From assembly GCA_032718475.1 (NCBI GenBank), contig JAUCBJ010006812.1, forward strand, positions 1 through 64,000: DNA of 64,000 nt, written 5' to 3'. This document shows positions 25,856 through 37,299 of the stretch, piece by piece. The position numbers were made by a program, and so were the translations under genes. The stretch comes from Nemertoderma westbladi. Its lineage: Eukaryota > Animalia > Xenacoelomorpha. The notes under the pieces are model-generated. The model saw nothing but the letters and a program-made list of their open reading frames with translations. It was not told where the DNA came from and did no database searches. Position 1 is the first letter of the stretch; each line of letters begins with the position of its first letter.

Positions 25856-27104
25856 GGTGTCGTCGCGTTACGGCTAATGTCGCGTTACGGCTAATTTTTT
25901 GAGAGATTAGCCGTAACGCGACTTTCAAAAGTCGCGGTACGGCTACTCCAAAAGTCGCGTTACGGCTAATTGTCGCGTTACGGCTAATCTATTGTCTTGG
26001 TTTTACATAGGGAATCATTTCCAATATTATTCTATGGTGTTTACGTACAGATGAGGTCCGAAAAATGTAATGTAATAATGGTTTACAGCGTGTCTTCATA
26101 CTGTATGTTCTTCGACAACCTCGTATTCAATATAATATTGTATTCTATGGTATTCTTAGTCACAGCCTCAAGCACAGATACGGATTACAGCCAATAATAG
26201 CAGCCGAAGAAACAATGAATGGTTTTGTGGAACATATTCCACTGCTTCATATCGATGTTGTTAACCAACAACGCCTGGCTCGCTACCTGGACCATATCGC
26301 GCTCTGTTTGGGGACTGACAAGCAGGCAATGGTCCATCCTTCCAGCACCCAGGTCCATCACCCAGTTGAAAGTCCAGCTGCATTGGGAGGGGGTGGTGAT
26401 CCCGACTGGCATGTTGGTGTAGTGAACCACACCTTCGCGGCTGAACTATTTCTTCCCAACCCAACCCCGACCACCCCTTCGCGGCCGAACCATTCCAACC
26501 CAACCCACCACCGAACCAAATGCCATACGCGGGCGATGACTGGCTAATTCAAGAGCTTTAGTTTTAGATACTTTTGATTTGATTATTATAATGATAAATT
26601 CAAAGTGCAATATTTCGGCAAAATACTGATATACTTTCGACCAATATACCTATATGGTACTGTGTACTGTGTGGTACTCAATGCAGCAAAAATAATACAA
26701 TAATTACTAAATTAAGTTTTTTAGTTAAAATCCCCCCCCCCCCCCCCCCCCTGGATACTCCCTCCCATGCTGTAAAACATTATTACATTAAATTTTTCTC
26801 ACCTTTCTCATCTGTACGTAAACACCATAGAATAATATTGATAATGATTCCCTATGTAGAACCAAGACAATAAATTAGGCATCACGCGACAATTAGCCGC
26901 AACGCGACTTTTTGAGTAGCTGTACCGCGACTTTCAAAGTCGCGTTACGGCTACTGTGCAAATTAGCCGTAACGCGACAATTAGCCGTAACGCGACGTTT
27001 TGAGTAGCCGTACCGCGACTTTCATAGTCGCGTTACGGCTAATCTGAAAATTAGCCGTAACGCGACTTTCCGTAATGCGACATTAGCCGTACCGCCACTG
27101 CGCC
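25856..27104. mobile_element. Non-autonomous Mutator-like (MULE) element
   Basis: 9-bp TSD CTGCTACTG (25847-25855 and 27105-27113). TIRs GGTGTCGTCGCGTTACGGCTAATG and GGCGCAGTGGCGGTACGGCTAATG. Many subterminal GTCGCGTTACGGCTA motifs, and an inner inverted repeat at 25991-26056 / 26806-26872. Confidence 0.85.
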
Positions 27105-28069
27105 CTGCTACTGTACAACACATTTTCCATCCCATTCGTGTCAAAACGGCAACAACTTCTTGAATAATTTGGGGTTACTTAACCTTCTAACTACCATGGG
27201 TGCGCTCTACTTTACAATGCGTACAGTATGCACTCCCAGCTCACCACAGCGTATAATTCGTCACATACATTTTATTACATATCATATATTTTAAAGTGTA
27301 TTCTGCACTTGTGATATTTTTACTACCGATATCCGTTTCCGATATTCCCCAGTAGAGATATCCGGTATCGTACCTTTATGAACTATTTCCGATAATTTAG
27401 AATTATTTAATTTAATTATAGCCTGTCGTGTCGGGGCGTAATCCGTGCCTAATAATAATATGGTAGTTAATATTATCATAAGGCGTTGATTATCACTAGT
27501 AGTTTGAGTAAACCGGTTCCGCTTTTGGATACACAAGTAATGTGTGAGTTACCGGTATTTGTGGCCGAATCACTAACGATTATTCATTCCATCACGCTCG
27601 GGTCACTCGTCATGAGCTCTCAACTTTCAATTAAAATATATAATACATAGAACCATTATTATGGGCAAATCGATATAGTATTTATATTATTTAGTATCAA
27701 TGTAACAAAGTCCTAAGGTGTAAACCGGGAGGTAGTTCTTAGTTGAATGTTGAAAGCTCATGGTATGGCCCGGGCGAAGGATTCTTAGTGCGTCAACTTG
27801 GTATATTCAGGTAGCTGATACTCCTACACCGCACCGATTTAGTTTCAACTATATTATATTTCCTATTCATTCCAACATAATTATAAAGATATTACTGTCA
27901 TCCATTATATTTATAATTTCCTAAGAAATAAATGAATATATTTAGTTAGAAGGAAAGTTTATTCCTCACAAGGTTTTCCTCATTAATATTGCAATGCCAT
28001 TAATTGCTCTACGTCATAACCAGCACAGTGATATTATACTACAACTCAACGGAACACCAATTATTATAT

Positions 28070-30196
28070 TTATTTACGTTTCTTCCGTCCCAAAGGTTGT
28101 TTATTTCCCTTTCCTTGTTTATTTCCCTTCCCCCTCCCGGGTCTTTGCTTCTTAGCCTTTGTCTCCCGTTTGTCTGCCTTCATCCGTTTATCGACGACTT
28201 TGTATCGGCCCCCCTTGTACCCCTTGGGCTTAGTGATACCCCCTTTGCGGGACACCGCATATGGGACATCAACTTTCTTCTTGGAATTTAAAACTCCCGC
28301 CTTTTTATATAAACTCCGCAGTTGGGCTGATTTCTCAGCATCGGGGACATCCGAAGAATCGCAAAGGGTTTCCGATTTCTTCCTCAAGGTTTCCAACCTT
28401 TTCAACGCCTTCTGCTTCTTCTTAGCCTTCGCCTCCGCAACTTTCTTTATAGGTCTAACATTAATCTCTTTCATTCTCTCTCTGTACAACTTAACTAACT
28501 CTTTAGTAACCGGAATGTTTGGCCGGTTGTGTTTCTTCTCATCCTGAGCAAACCAGTCCGGCAAGTTCTCGTCGTTGCTTGTGTAGCGATTGTATCCGCT
28601 GTCCATGATGTCCCGCTTGGCTTTCTTCGAGGTTGCTATCGCGGTAGCCAGAGCTAACTCCTCTGGGGTCAGTGTCTGCTGAGGGACCGCAGGGGAGTCA
28701 CCAGACTCAGCCTCATCCGCAAACCTAACTCTCTTATCTGACTTACCAACCGGTTCAACAGATCCAACCGGCTCTCTAATATCTTCAGTTGTTTCCATTT
28801 CATCATCTTCCTCATTCCAGTCCATTTCCTCGTCTACACCAAGCAACGAGAACATGGGTTTATCGAACCATCGCATTGACTCAGAATTGTTTACACTAGA
28901 TGCACTATTATCCTTAACTTTATTACCCTCAACTTCCTTATTTACCCCCCGAATACCTTTTATACTACTTAAAGAAAATAAGGAAATATCCTGTTCGGGA
29001 TCTATCGACGATGATGTCTTGGAATTCATCGCCAATCTCTCTCTCAACTGCTTCCGTTGCTTCAGTAATCTCTTCTTTCTCCGGTTCGTCTCAGAAGATT
29101 CTAAAGTTTGCAGCTCAGCGATTCGTTTCATCGCTTCATCATCCGAGTTATCTCCAACATCATCAGCAGCAGTTTCCTTAACATCCCCACCGCCCTCGGG
29201 CTGGTTAACTGACGCCACGTGTTCGTAATAGGCGACCATCTTCTTCCGCCATGTCAGCAGCGCTTTCAGGTCTTTCCGCCCTAAAACTTTAATATCTTTG
29301 CACATCAACTGTATGGATTCCGTGGTTAACGGGTGTATTAAGTCGTCCTCCTCATTGAACACGAGTTCGTGGCAGTTTGCGAGGAGTTCGATATGGTTGG
29401 GGGCTTTTAGGAACTCCGAAACAGAGAGTTTATCGTGCAGCAAATAGTCGCCCTCCTTGTATCCCAGGGCCTTGGCCTTCTTGGTTCCGGTTGATTGAGC
29501 CAATAAGGTTGCTTTCTTAGTGGTCGCCTCATTCTCCGCCACATCCCGGAAGACGTGCTTGATATCGAAGAATTTTGGGTCTATTTTATCCGGGGCTAAG
29601 AATCCCTGACAGACGGTGTAGATTTCTGCGGATTGGGAGCGGGAGGCCTGCGGTTTGGTGGAATGAACTTTAGCGAATAACTGCTGAAGGACCCACACTA
29701 GGGACTGGTAATCTTTACTGCGGAAGATTTTGGTTATAAACCATCCGCCTTTACGGAGAAAGGCACAGGCTAATCGCGTCGCGTGGAGGCACAACTCTGC
29801 CTGTGCGTAGGCGTCTAGCAGCCAATTAGCGCCCACGTTGGGTGCCCCGTCGTGCAGCACGCAGTCCACACTCATCGTCTTCAACTCGGCCTTTAGGGCG
29901 TTCCTGCACGCGACCGTTGTGATGTCCTGCACCAAAGTGGATACATGTGGAATCGGTTTAATGGGGAACAGATCGACGCCGAGGATGAGACTGGAGACAG
30001 GCATGGTGCGAGCGGCGACCTGCAGCCATCCGCCCGGCGCCGCGCACAGATCGATGAGAACTCGAGAATCTCGGAGAAACTCGAACTTTCGGTTTAGTTG
30101 GGCGAGTTTGAACGCTGAACGCGAGCGGTAGCCCGTCTCCTTGGCTAACTTATAGAATTTGTCCCGTCGAGCGGCTCCTTTTGTCTTTTTTCCCAT
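28070..30196 (-). CDS. FTSJ3: Pre-rRNA 2'-O-ribose methyltransferase FTSJ3/Spb1 (708 aa, single exon)
   Basis: RRDKFYKLAKETGYRSRSAFKL, SAM-binding IDLCAAPGGW, catalytic K-D-K-E motifs (AFKL, HDGAP, TKIF, SAEI), and the Spb1 C-terminal motifs LPDWFAQDEKKH, RPIKKVAEAKAKKK and YKVVDKRMKAD. Confidence 0.97.
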   Translation of the reverse strand: MGKKTKGAARRDKFYKLAKETGYRSRSAFKLAQLNRKFEFLRDSRVLIDLCAAPGGWLQVAARTMPVSSLILGVDLFPIKPIPHVSTLVQDITTVACRNALKAELKTMSVDCVLHDGAPNVGANWLLDAYAQAELCLHATRLACAFLRKGGWFITKIFRSKDYQSLVWVLQQLFAKVHSTKPQASRSQSAEIYTVCQGFLAPDKIDPKFFDIKHVFRDVAENEATTKKATLLAQSTGTKKAKALGYKEGDYLLHDKLSVSEFLKAPNHIELLANCHELVFNEEDDLIHPLTTESIQLMCKDIKVLGRKDLKALLTWRKKMVAYYEHVASVNQPEGGGDVKETAADDVGDNSDDEAMKRIAELQTLESSETNRRKKRLLKQRKQLRERLAMNSKTSSSIDPEQDISLFSLSSIKGIRGVNKEVEGNKVKDNSASSVNNSESMRWFDKPMFSLLGVDEEMDWNEEDDEMETTEDIREPVGSVEPVGKSDKRVRFADEAESGDSPAVPQQTLTPEELALATAIATSKKAKRDIMDSGYNRYTSNDENLPDWFAQDEKKHNRPNIPVTKELVKLYRERMKEINVRPIKKVAEAKAKKKQKALKRLETLRKKSETLCDSSDVPDAEKSAQLRSLYKKAGVLNSKKKVDVPYAVSRKGGITKPKGYKGGRYKVVDKRMKADKRETKAKKQRPGRGKGNKQGKGNKQPLGRKKRK

Positions 30197-30414
30197 TTTT
30201 AAGTTTTATAAATCTGTAAATCTTTATACAGTTATAGGGCCTATATCAATAAGGCAGTAAGGTAAGCTACGTTACTGCATTACGCTACGGTTGGATACCA
30301 GGATACCTCTACGATATACAGATATAGGCAGCTGTAGGCCTACCCTATACAGCTATGTCTGTATGTGCTATGCCTAACCTGCTTAGTGCTGACGTTATTT
30401 GGGAAAACTTGTGT

Positions 30415-32536
30415 GGTGTCGTCGCGTTTCGGCAACTGTCGCATTTCGGCAACAGTCGCGTTTCGGCAAAAAAAGTTCGTTTCGGCAAAAAAGATGCGTT
30501 TCGGCAAAAAGGTGCGATTCGGCAAAAAAGTTGCGTTTCGGCAAAAAAAGTTGCGTTTCGGCAACTGTCGCATTTCGGCAACAGTCGCGTTTCGGCAAAA
30601 AAAGTTGCGTTTCGGCAAAAAAGATGCGTTTCGGCAAAAAGGTGCGATTCGGAAAAAAAGTTGCGTTTCGGCAAAAAAGTTGCGTTTCGGCAACAGTCGC
30701 GATTCGGCAAAAAAGTTGCGTTTCGGCAAAAGGTTGCGTTTCGGCAAAATTATTTCTTTATTGCAGGATAATACACTATACTGTCAACAATACAAGTAGA
30801 GTGAAGTGAAACAAGCAGTACATTATAAATATACAACACAATAGCACTTTCGTTCGTTGTTAGTTGCAATGCTAATAATAATAAAAGTTTTACTTCCCTT
30901 GGAATAGTGTTTTATAGGATAGTCTGTACGTCGTCAACCATGAATTTTGGTGAGGCCCAGAAAGTCGTAAGTAAGAGGCTTTCTGGGCAGGTTCGTACCA
31001 TTAAAGAGGGTGATGTAAATAATGTGTAGGCCTACAGATGGGGACTTAAGAAAATACACGGTGGAGTAGAGTACCACGCCTGTGCCCATTGCAGGAAAGT
31101 AAAGGAGGCCGGTGGCGTCAACATGAAGGTTATAGTTTGTACTGTTATATCACATTAATTGCAAATAATAAAAACCCGGTGGGGCCTTTGTGCAGCAAAA
31201 GCTGCAAGCCATCTTATAGCGAACAATTATAATAACTATGGCCAAGTTAGGTATTGGGTCGAAGGTCCGAATGAGACGAAGGTCCGAATGGGATGAAGGT
31301 CAAAAGTGGCCGTCTGGGTCGCTTTTTTTCGGACCTTCGTCCCATTCGGACCATCGTCCTGTGTATGGGGTCTTCGTCTACGGCCAATAACTGTACTTTA
31401 TAGACGACAAGGTTTGTATGGGCCAGTGGCAACAAACATTAGTTGTTTATCATCCCATGACGAAGGTCCGAATAACCAGGACAAAGGTCCGAAATAATGT
31501 GGAAATCTTTCTCACAACGTCCTGTAAATTGTAACGGACATGATTTTTGAGACTCTCATATTGGCAAACGTATTAACAAATTCCTTCTGAGCTGCATGTA
31601 ATTTAAATTTAAAACGCTGCTTGGATAAGCCATCATTCAAACAAGAGCAATCATAGTATGACGTTGGTAATAAATTTAATGGAGTAGGTACGGTGGCTGA
31701 TTGCGGCCAATTATTTCAATTTTTTTAATGTTTATCACCCGGGTGAAAAACATTTATCACCCGGGTGATAAACATTAAAAAAATGGAATTAATTGGCCGC
31801 AATCAGCCACCGTAAGTAGGCCTACGGACAATCATGTATATTATAATATATTACACTTTTTTTCTTTATAAGAACCAGTAGAATTTTGCCGAGCCTCATG
31901 TTCTTAAAATATCTCGAACTCGAACGTAAATATTATCTTAGCGTCATGCTTTGTCGGACTTTCGTCCTGTTGTTTCGGACCTTCGTCATATGTGTTTCGG
32001 ACCTTCGTAATAATAATAATAATAAACAGTTAACCATAATAATAATAAACAGTTATCCATGATAAACAGTTAGCCTATCCAGTCTGACGCTAGAGGGCGA
32101 AATGTATGTAAGTGATAACCTTCCCCATTTCCTTGATCTTAATCTGTTTAAACTGAATCTTGGAATATATTTAAGGGGCAACTGGCAACCAAATCGCCCT
32201 GGCGATTTGGTAGTGCGAAATTATTAATTCCATACAACAAATACACAAAATAATATTAGTACTGTACCACCCTACCTTGCATAATTGACATAAAAAAAAG
32301 ACCACAAGAATTTTAATTATTGAATTCAACCCCCATCTAACATCTACAGTAGGAATTTATCTTTATCTTTTGCCGAAACGCAACTTTTTGCCGAAACGCG
32401 ACTTTTTTGCCGAATCGCGCCTGTTGCCGAAACGCAACTTTTTTTTGCCGAATCGCGACTTTTTGCCGAAACGCAACTTTTATGCCGAATCGCGACTGTT
32501 GCCGAAACGCGACAGTTGCCGAAACGCGATGTATCC
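30415..32536. mobile_element. Non-autonomous MULE-like element with long arrays of subterminal GCGTTTCGGCAA motifs
   Basis: The left arm 30415-30747 and right arm 32370-32536 are inverted. Flanks are ACTTGTGT and CCTTGTGT (7/8 match). The first 14 nt are identical to those of the 25856 element. Confidence 0.8.
31691..31812. mobile_element. Near-perfect hairpin MITE with TA flanks
   Basis: TA|CGGTGGCTGATTGCGGCCAATTA...TAATTGGCCGCAATCAGCCACCG|TA. Confidence 0.8.
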
Positions 32537-33269
32537 CCTTGTGTACCTTACTCATTATGGCTGTATTGCCTTGTCATTAACAGCAAGGCAATTTTGTGGA
32601 ACTTCGGAGGTATTGTCATGCCATAGGCCCTTAGAGGCGATAGCCGAAATAAGGGATCTAATCATTCCTGGCATCCTAGGTTGATAGACATTTTCACAAT
32701 ACTTGTACATATTTCTTATTCAATAAAAAATGAAATAGAAAATTTAAGAATATTTATTTAAGAATTTCCCTTCGAGTATACATACAGTATTGTATATTGG
32801 TCCTGTAATCGCAATTTAATTATAACACTAAAGGGTGAAGTCGATTTTTTGGGAGTCCCAGACATAATCGAATCATGTACTGTATAAAATGTCCCTTAAA
32901 AATGAAATCCATTTATTTACCATGTTACAGTGGCTTAAATCATTATAAAGTACACGTACCTGTATGCTCCGACACCGACACCGACACCGACACGGGCAAC
33001 CGACACCTTTTAATATTAAAAATGTTCTCCCAGTAATTGAACATTCTTATTTTCCTATTCCTATCAGATCATAGGAAAGGAACCGCAGTCTCTCAATAAA
33101 TAGCGAAGTTTGGCGTGAGGAAAGGAACCGCAGTCTCTCAATAAGCGAAGTTTGGCGTGGACTCCTTAACTTCAAGAAAATATTTCAGAAATTTAAGATG
33201 AACACGTTCAATATCTACAGCGGCATGTCACCCCAAATCTCAGAACAGTAAGCCTACATTATTATGTAG

Positions 33270-33301
<32 letters not shown>

Positions 33302-35233
33302 GGGTCGCAATTTACACCCCAGCAATTTTCTAGGGGGTGAAATTACAGGCATAAAAATGTGCGAAATTTTTTAGTATTAAACCATTAAATCGTTTCCCTG
33401 CTGTATTACTAAACGCTGAATGCATCTGCCGTTTCTGTTCTGTCTCAGTGTCTGCTCCGACCGCTATCACGCGCCCTCTGTCCCTCAGTTTCATAACTCG
33501 CTACGTAGGCTGTACAGTACATTGTGCTTCATGTGCTCCTTATAATTAACTCTATCCGGTCACTATTATCTTTGTATATATCTACCTGGAACCTGTTCTG
33601 ATTTTGTTGTGCTATACTTACCAATATTATTAATATATTTCGTTACCCCGACCAGGGGTGTAAAGAAAAAAAATCATTAGTTTTACCAAAGTATTAATGG
33701 TTAAAAATACGATTTAAATGTCCAAAATCTCAGCATTGTTTAAAAAGTTTGTGCTGGGGGGGGGGGGGGGGGGGAATTGGCAAACGGGCGAAAATTTGAC
33801 ATCACAAATGTCATTTAAAATTTCGTCTAACTCACTAGACTGTAATAGATTTGTAAATTTCTGATCAGTTGGATTGTTATTTTTGCAGGCCAGTGAATTC
33901 TTGGATTAAGTTGTTTTGGTACCTAATTAATTCAGATCGATCCATTTATTGGCATTTATTGCGGTAGTACTACCCGTAGGGCTAATTAAATCAATTTGTA
34001 TAGCAACAGACAAATAACCTGATGGGAATAACAATTTATATCACCGATAATAAAATCGTTATACAGTATAAGATCTATTGTACCTAGAACATTATCGATA
34101 AGCGATTTACCATTTTGGTAACAAAAATACAGCTTGCAAACACATTGTTACTACATTATTATGACATATTTGTTATTTCAAATAGTTCGCATTTCAGTCA
34201 ACACGCCACGCCCACGCACATCACACAAACATACTTAATTATTTATTTTATCTCTTCAATTTAATAAAGTCCCTACATCGCTGTGAATATGGTCTACTCC
34301 CAAACCTCTAAATGATTGTCAACACTAGTCAGCTCTTTACCAACTATGCTGGTCTCTGATTGGTTCTTACTTCAGGTTCAATAATATTCTGGGTAAGGCA
34401 AGAAAGAGTAATGAGCAGTGGGAAAACGAATGTGATTGGCCACTTTCTCCTCTTCTGAATTCACATCAGCTGATATTTTTCTCATTCCTGTGCCTGATGA
34501 ATGGAGTAGTGTCTACATCATTGTCCAGAATAGGGTGTTTCCCTTCACTTCTATGGGGCTTTCTATTATTCCTACCTGTCCCAAATACGTTGTGTAATGA
34601 TTTCCAACCTGTCCAATATAGGGGCATCCAATCAAATCATCATATGAGCCAACTCCTCGTCATCGGACCAATACCAACATTCCTACAGTTAGGCATCTCC
34701 CTTATTGGCTATATAATGTAAAGGTTAATGGAAAATTCCACTGATATATAATCCAAGTGTCAGCTACGAATCCGGGGCTCATTATAACAACCTATACTGG
34801 ACCAAGCAACGTATTTGGGACAAGAGCTGGTTGAGGTATATGTACAGTGGAAATTCCCATTCTAAATAAGGGCATTTGGAATACATGTTCCCTAGTTATG
34901 GTTAAAGATATACTGCGGGTGCCTTGCAAATGGCCTGTAAGACTGTGATGCATTATAGGCTATAGGGTCATCATAGTCACGTTATTTCATTTCATGTTGT
35001 GCAATTTATTCATATTGTGCAATTTTTGATGTTGTGCAACTTATTCATTGTGCAATTTATTCATGTGGTGCAATTTATTCACTTATAATAAATCTAAATA
35101 CATTCGTATAATAATAATTAAATGACAATCAAATTAGTGATATCGCAACCTCCTCCCCCAGACTCAACTCATCCCAAATAGTCATTCATAAGTCTAAAAT
35201 TTGACTCAAATAGGTGTTAGAGTCCCATATATA

Positions 35234-37297
35234 CAGCCGGGGTCTCAAAGTGCATCTGTTCTTTGAGATTTTCTCAAAGTTTTTCTAAAAGTGTCTAAAA
35301 GTCATTACATTACTCCCAACGGCCGCTTTGAATTCTTGTAGACACTTTTAGTTGGGAATCTCAAAGTGATTTCCTGCTTTTAGGCACTTTGAATTCTTTG
35401 AATTCTTTGAGAAATGTCACTTTTAGGTAGTTTGCGGCACTTTTAATTCTTTGAGAAAATAAACTCCGAGGTAATCCTGATTGACAGCTCGTGGTAGTTA
35501 ACTGAGAGGCAGAGGCATTCCCGGGGAACAATATTATGCGGGCAACAAAGTGATCTTGTGTGTTGGCCAGTTGTTGCATAGAAGCTATATTCCCATTAAT
35601 TTATCAAATTGAGGTTCCTGAGGTCATTACAGGATGGGTTTTCGGTCGCAAGTACAAATTGAATTTACGGCACCTTAAAGTCTTTCTAAAAAACATTCAT
35701 TCAAATAATATATGAAACATAATTTGTGAAACAAGATTAATGCTTGACAAGATTGATTATTTTAATAACATAATACAATATCAGATTAACAATTAATATA
35801 AGAGAAACTTCTCTGTAGTTTCTCTGTGTATATGCAGTTTCATTATAATGACCTAAAGAAGCCCTGTTGGGAGAAAGCTTGTAATAACATTTGTTATTCA
35901 TTTCATTAGTCACCTCAGGTCAACCCGTACTACCTTAACTGTTTAATTAATATGATAACTATGTTGACGAGAGCGCGAGAATTCCTTCTTAAAAACTAAG
36001 AAAGGCTTTCGACTTTCAAGTACGATAGAACAACGGCTACAATCTTGAGTTGTTTTATCTTAATAGATATATTAAAATATCCCCTGCCGCTGGCGTTTAT
36101 ATTTGAGCATATTTTAAATGTTTGCCTCATATTCAATTGATGTGTACCGCCTTCTGGCAAAGCGGCACCCAGTTTAAACTATCAATCACAGCTAGTGAGT
36201 AACGACCCACGGTCGGCGACCTTCAAACAAACAGGTGCAGAGTCGGAAAGAACTGTCACATGCTTTGCTTGGCTTGTGGTACCATTTGATTACATAATAG
36301 ATTTTGGCAGACTCGGCGGTCGCTCTGACCATATGCATTGCGCACCAACAATGCCTAAAACATCTATGGGAACAGCCAATTAGTGCGCTTGAATCATTTA
36401 TCTTTATTCCTGCCTCTATCATTATTCTTTACTTTGTATAACACAATTTACAGTGCGGCAAAGTATGGCTGGTTGACCATTGAAATGCATTGGTAAAGGT
36501 ATTCGGCGTTCACGTGGGCTAAACAAATACGTCTAAACAGTACAGTTTTAGCACTATACATTAATATAGATAGGGCAACAGACAAACTGTCTATGACACA
36601 AATACCAACACATTCCGATAGCCCGCAATTACGGCGTCTCTAAAGAGCCCAAATATAAATTAATAAAATCCTCTATGAAACAATAAAAATTCCTACAAAA
36701 AATACTGCTGTATTAAATATTAGTTACTGCAGTAACATATAACAATTACTGCAGTAACAAATATTTATTACTGCAGTAATAAATATTTATTACTGCAGTA
36801 ATAAATATTTATTATTGCAGTAACAAATATTTATTACTGCAGTAACAAATATTTATTACTGCAATAATCAATATTAATAAATTAATAAATAATTGAATAA
36901 AAATTAATACTGCAGTAATCAATATTAATAAATAATTGAATAAAAATTTCTACTGCAGTAACAAATTATTTGTTACTGCAGAAAAAGACAATTTTTTATT
37001 ACTGCAGTAAGTTTAATTCTTACTTTCAGTAACAAATATTTATTACTGCAGTATTTTTTGGAGGCATCTTTATTGTTTCATAGAGGTTTTTATTACTTAT
37101 ATTTTACCCTATAGTCAAAGTCAATATACACCATACCATAGCCAGCTTCAGGCAGGACTGTATGAAATGACTGACAGTACTACTTTGAAATCTTTGAGGA
37201 CACTTTGTCATTTTCTTGGACCACTTTTAGAAATTTGAGACACTTTTAGTTCTTTGAGAAAATCTCAAAGAACAGATGCACTTTGAGACCCCGACTG
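35234..37297. mobile_element. Tc1/mariner-like non-autonomous element inserted in the left foldback arm
   Basis: TA|CAGCCGGGGTCTCAAAGTGCATCTGTTCTTTGAGATTTTCTCAAAG ... CTTTGAGAAAATCTCAAAGAACAGATGCACTTTGAGACCCCGACTG|TA. The right arm (~42625) shows the empty site. Confidence 0.9.
36645..37110. mobile_element. Small palindromic MITE nested in the Tc1-like element, with internal 21-bp ACTGCAGTAATAAATATTTATT-type repeats
   Basis: Inverted ends CCTCTATGAAACAATAAA and TTTATTGTTTCATAGAGG; TSD not clear. Confidence 0.65.
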
Positions 37298-37299
37298 TA

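Noticed and set aside
30340-30809. Cluster of six overlapping ORFs upstream of FTSJ3
   Set aside because: Translations of transposon subterminal repeats.
32968-33774. (CCGACA)n, a ~45-bp direct duplication at 33074-33159, and poly-G runs
   Set aside because: Ordinary microsatellite and slippage products; homopolymer lengths are unreliable.
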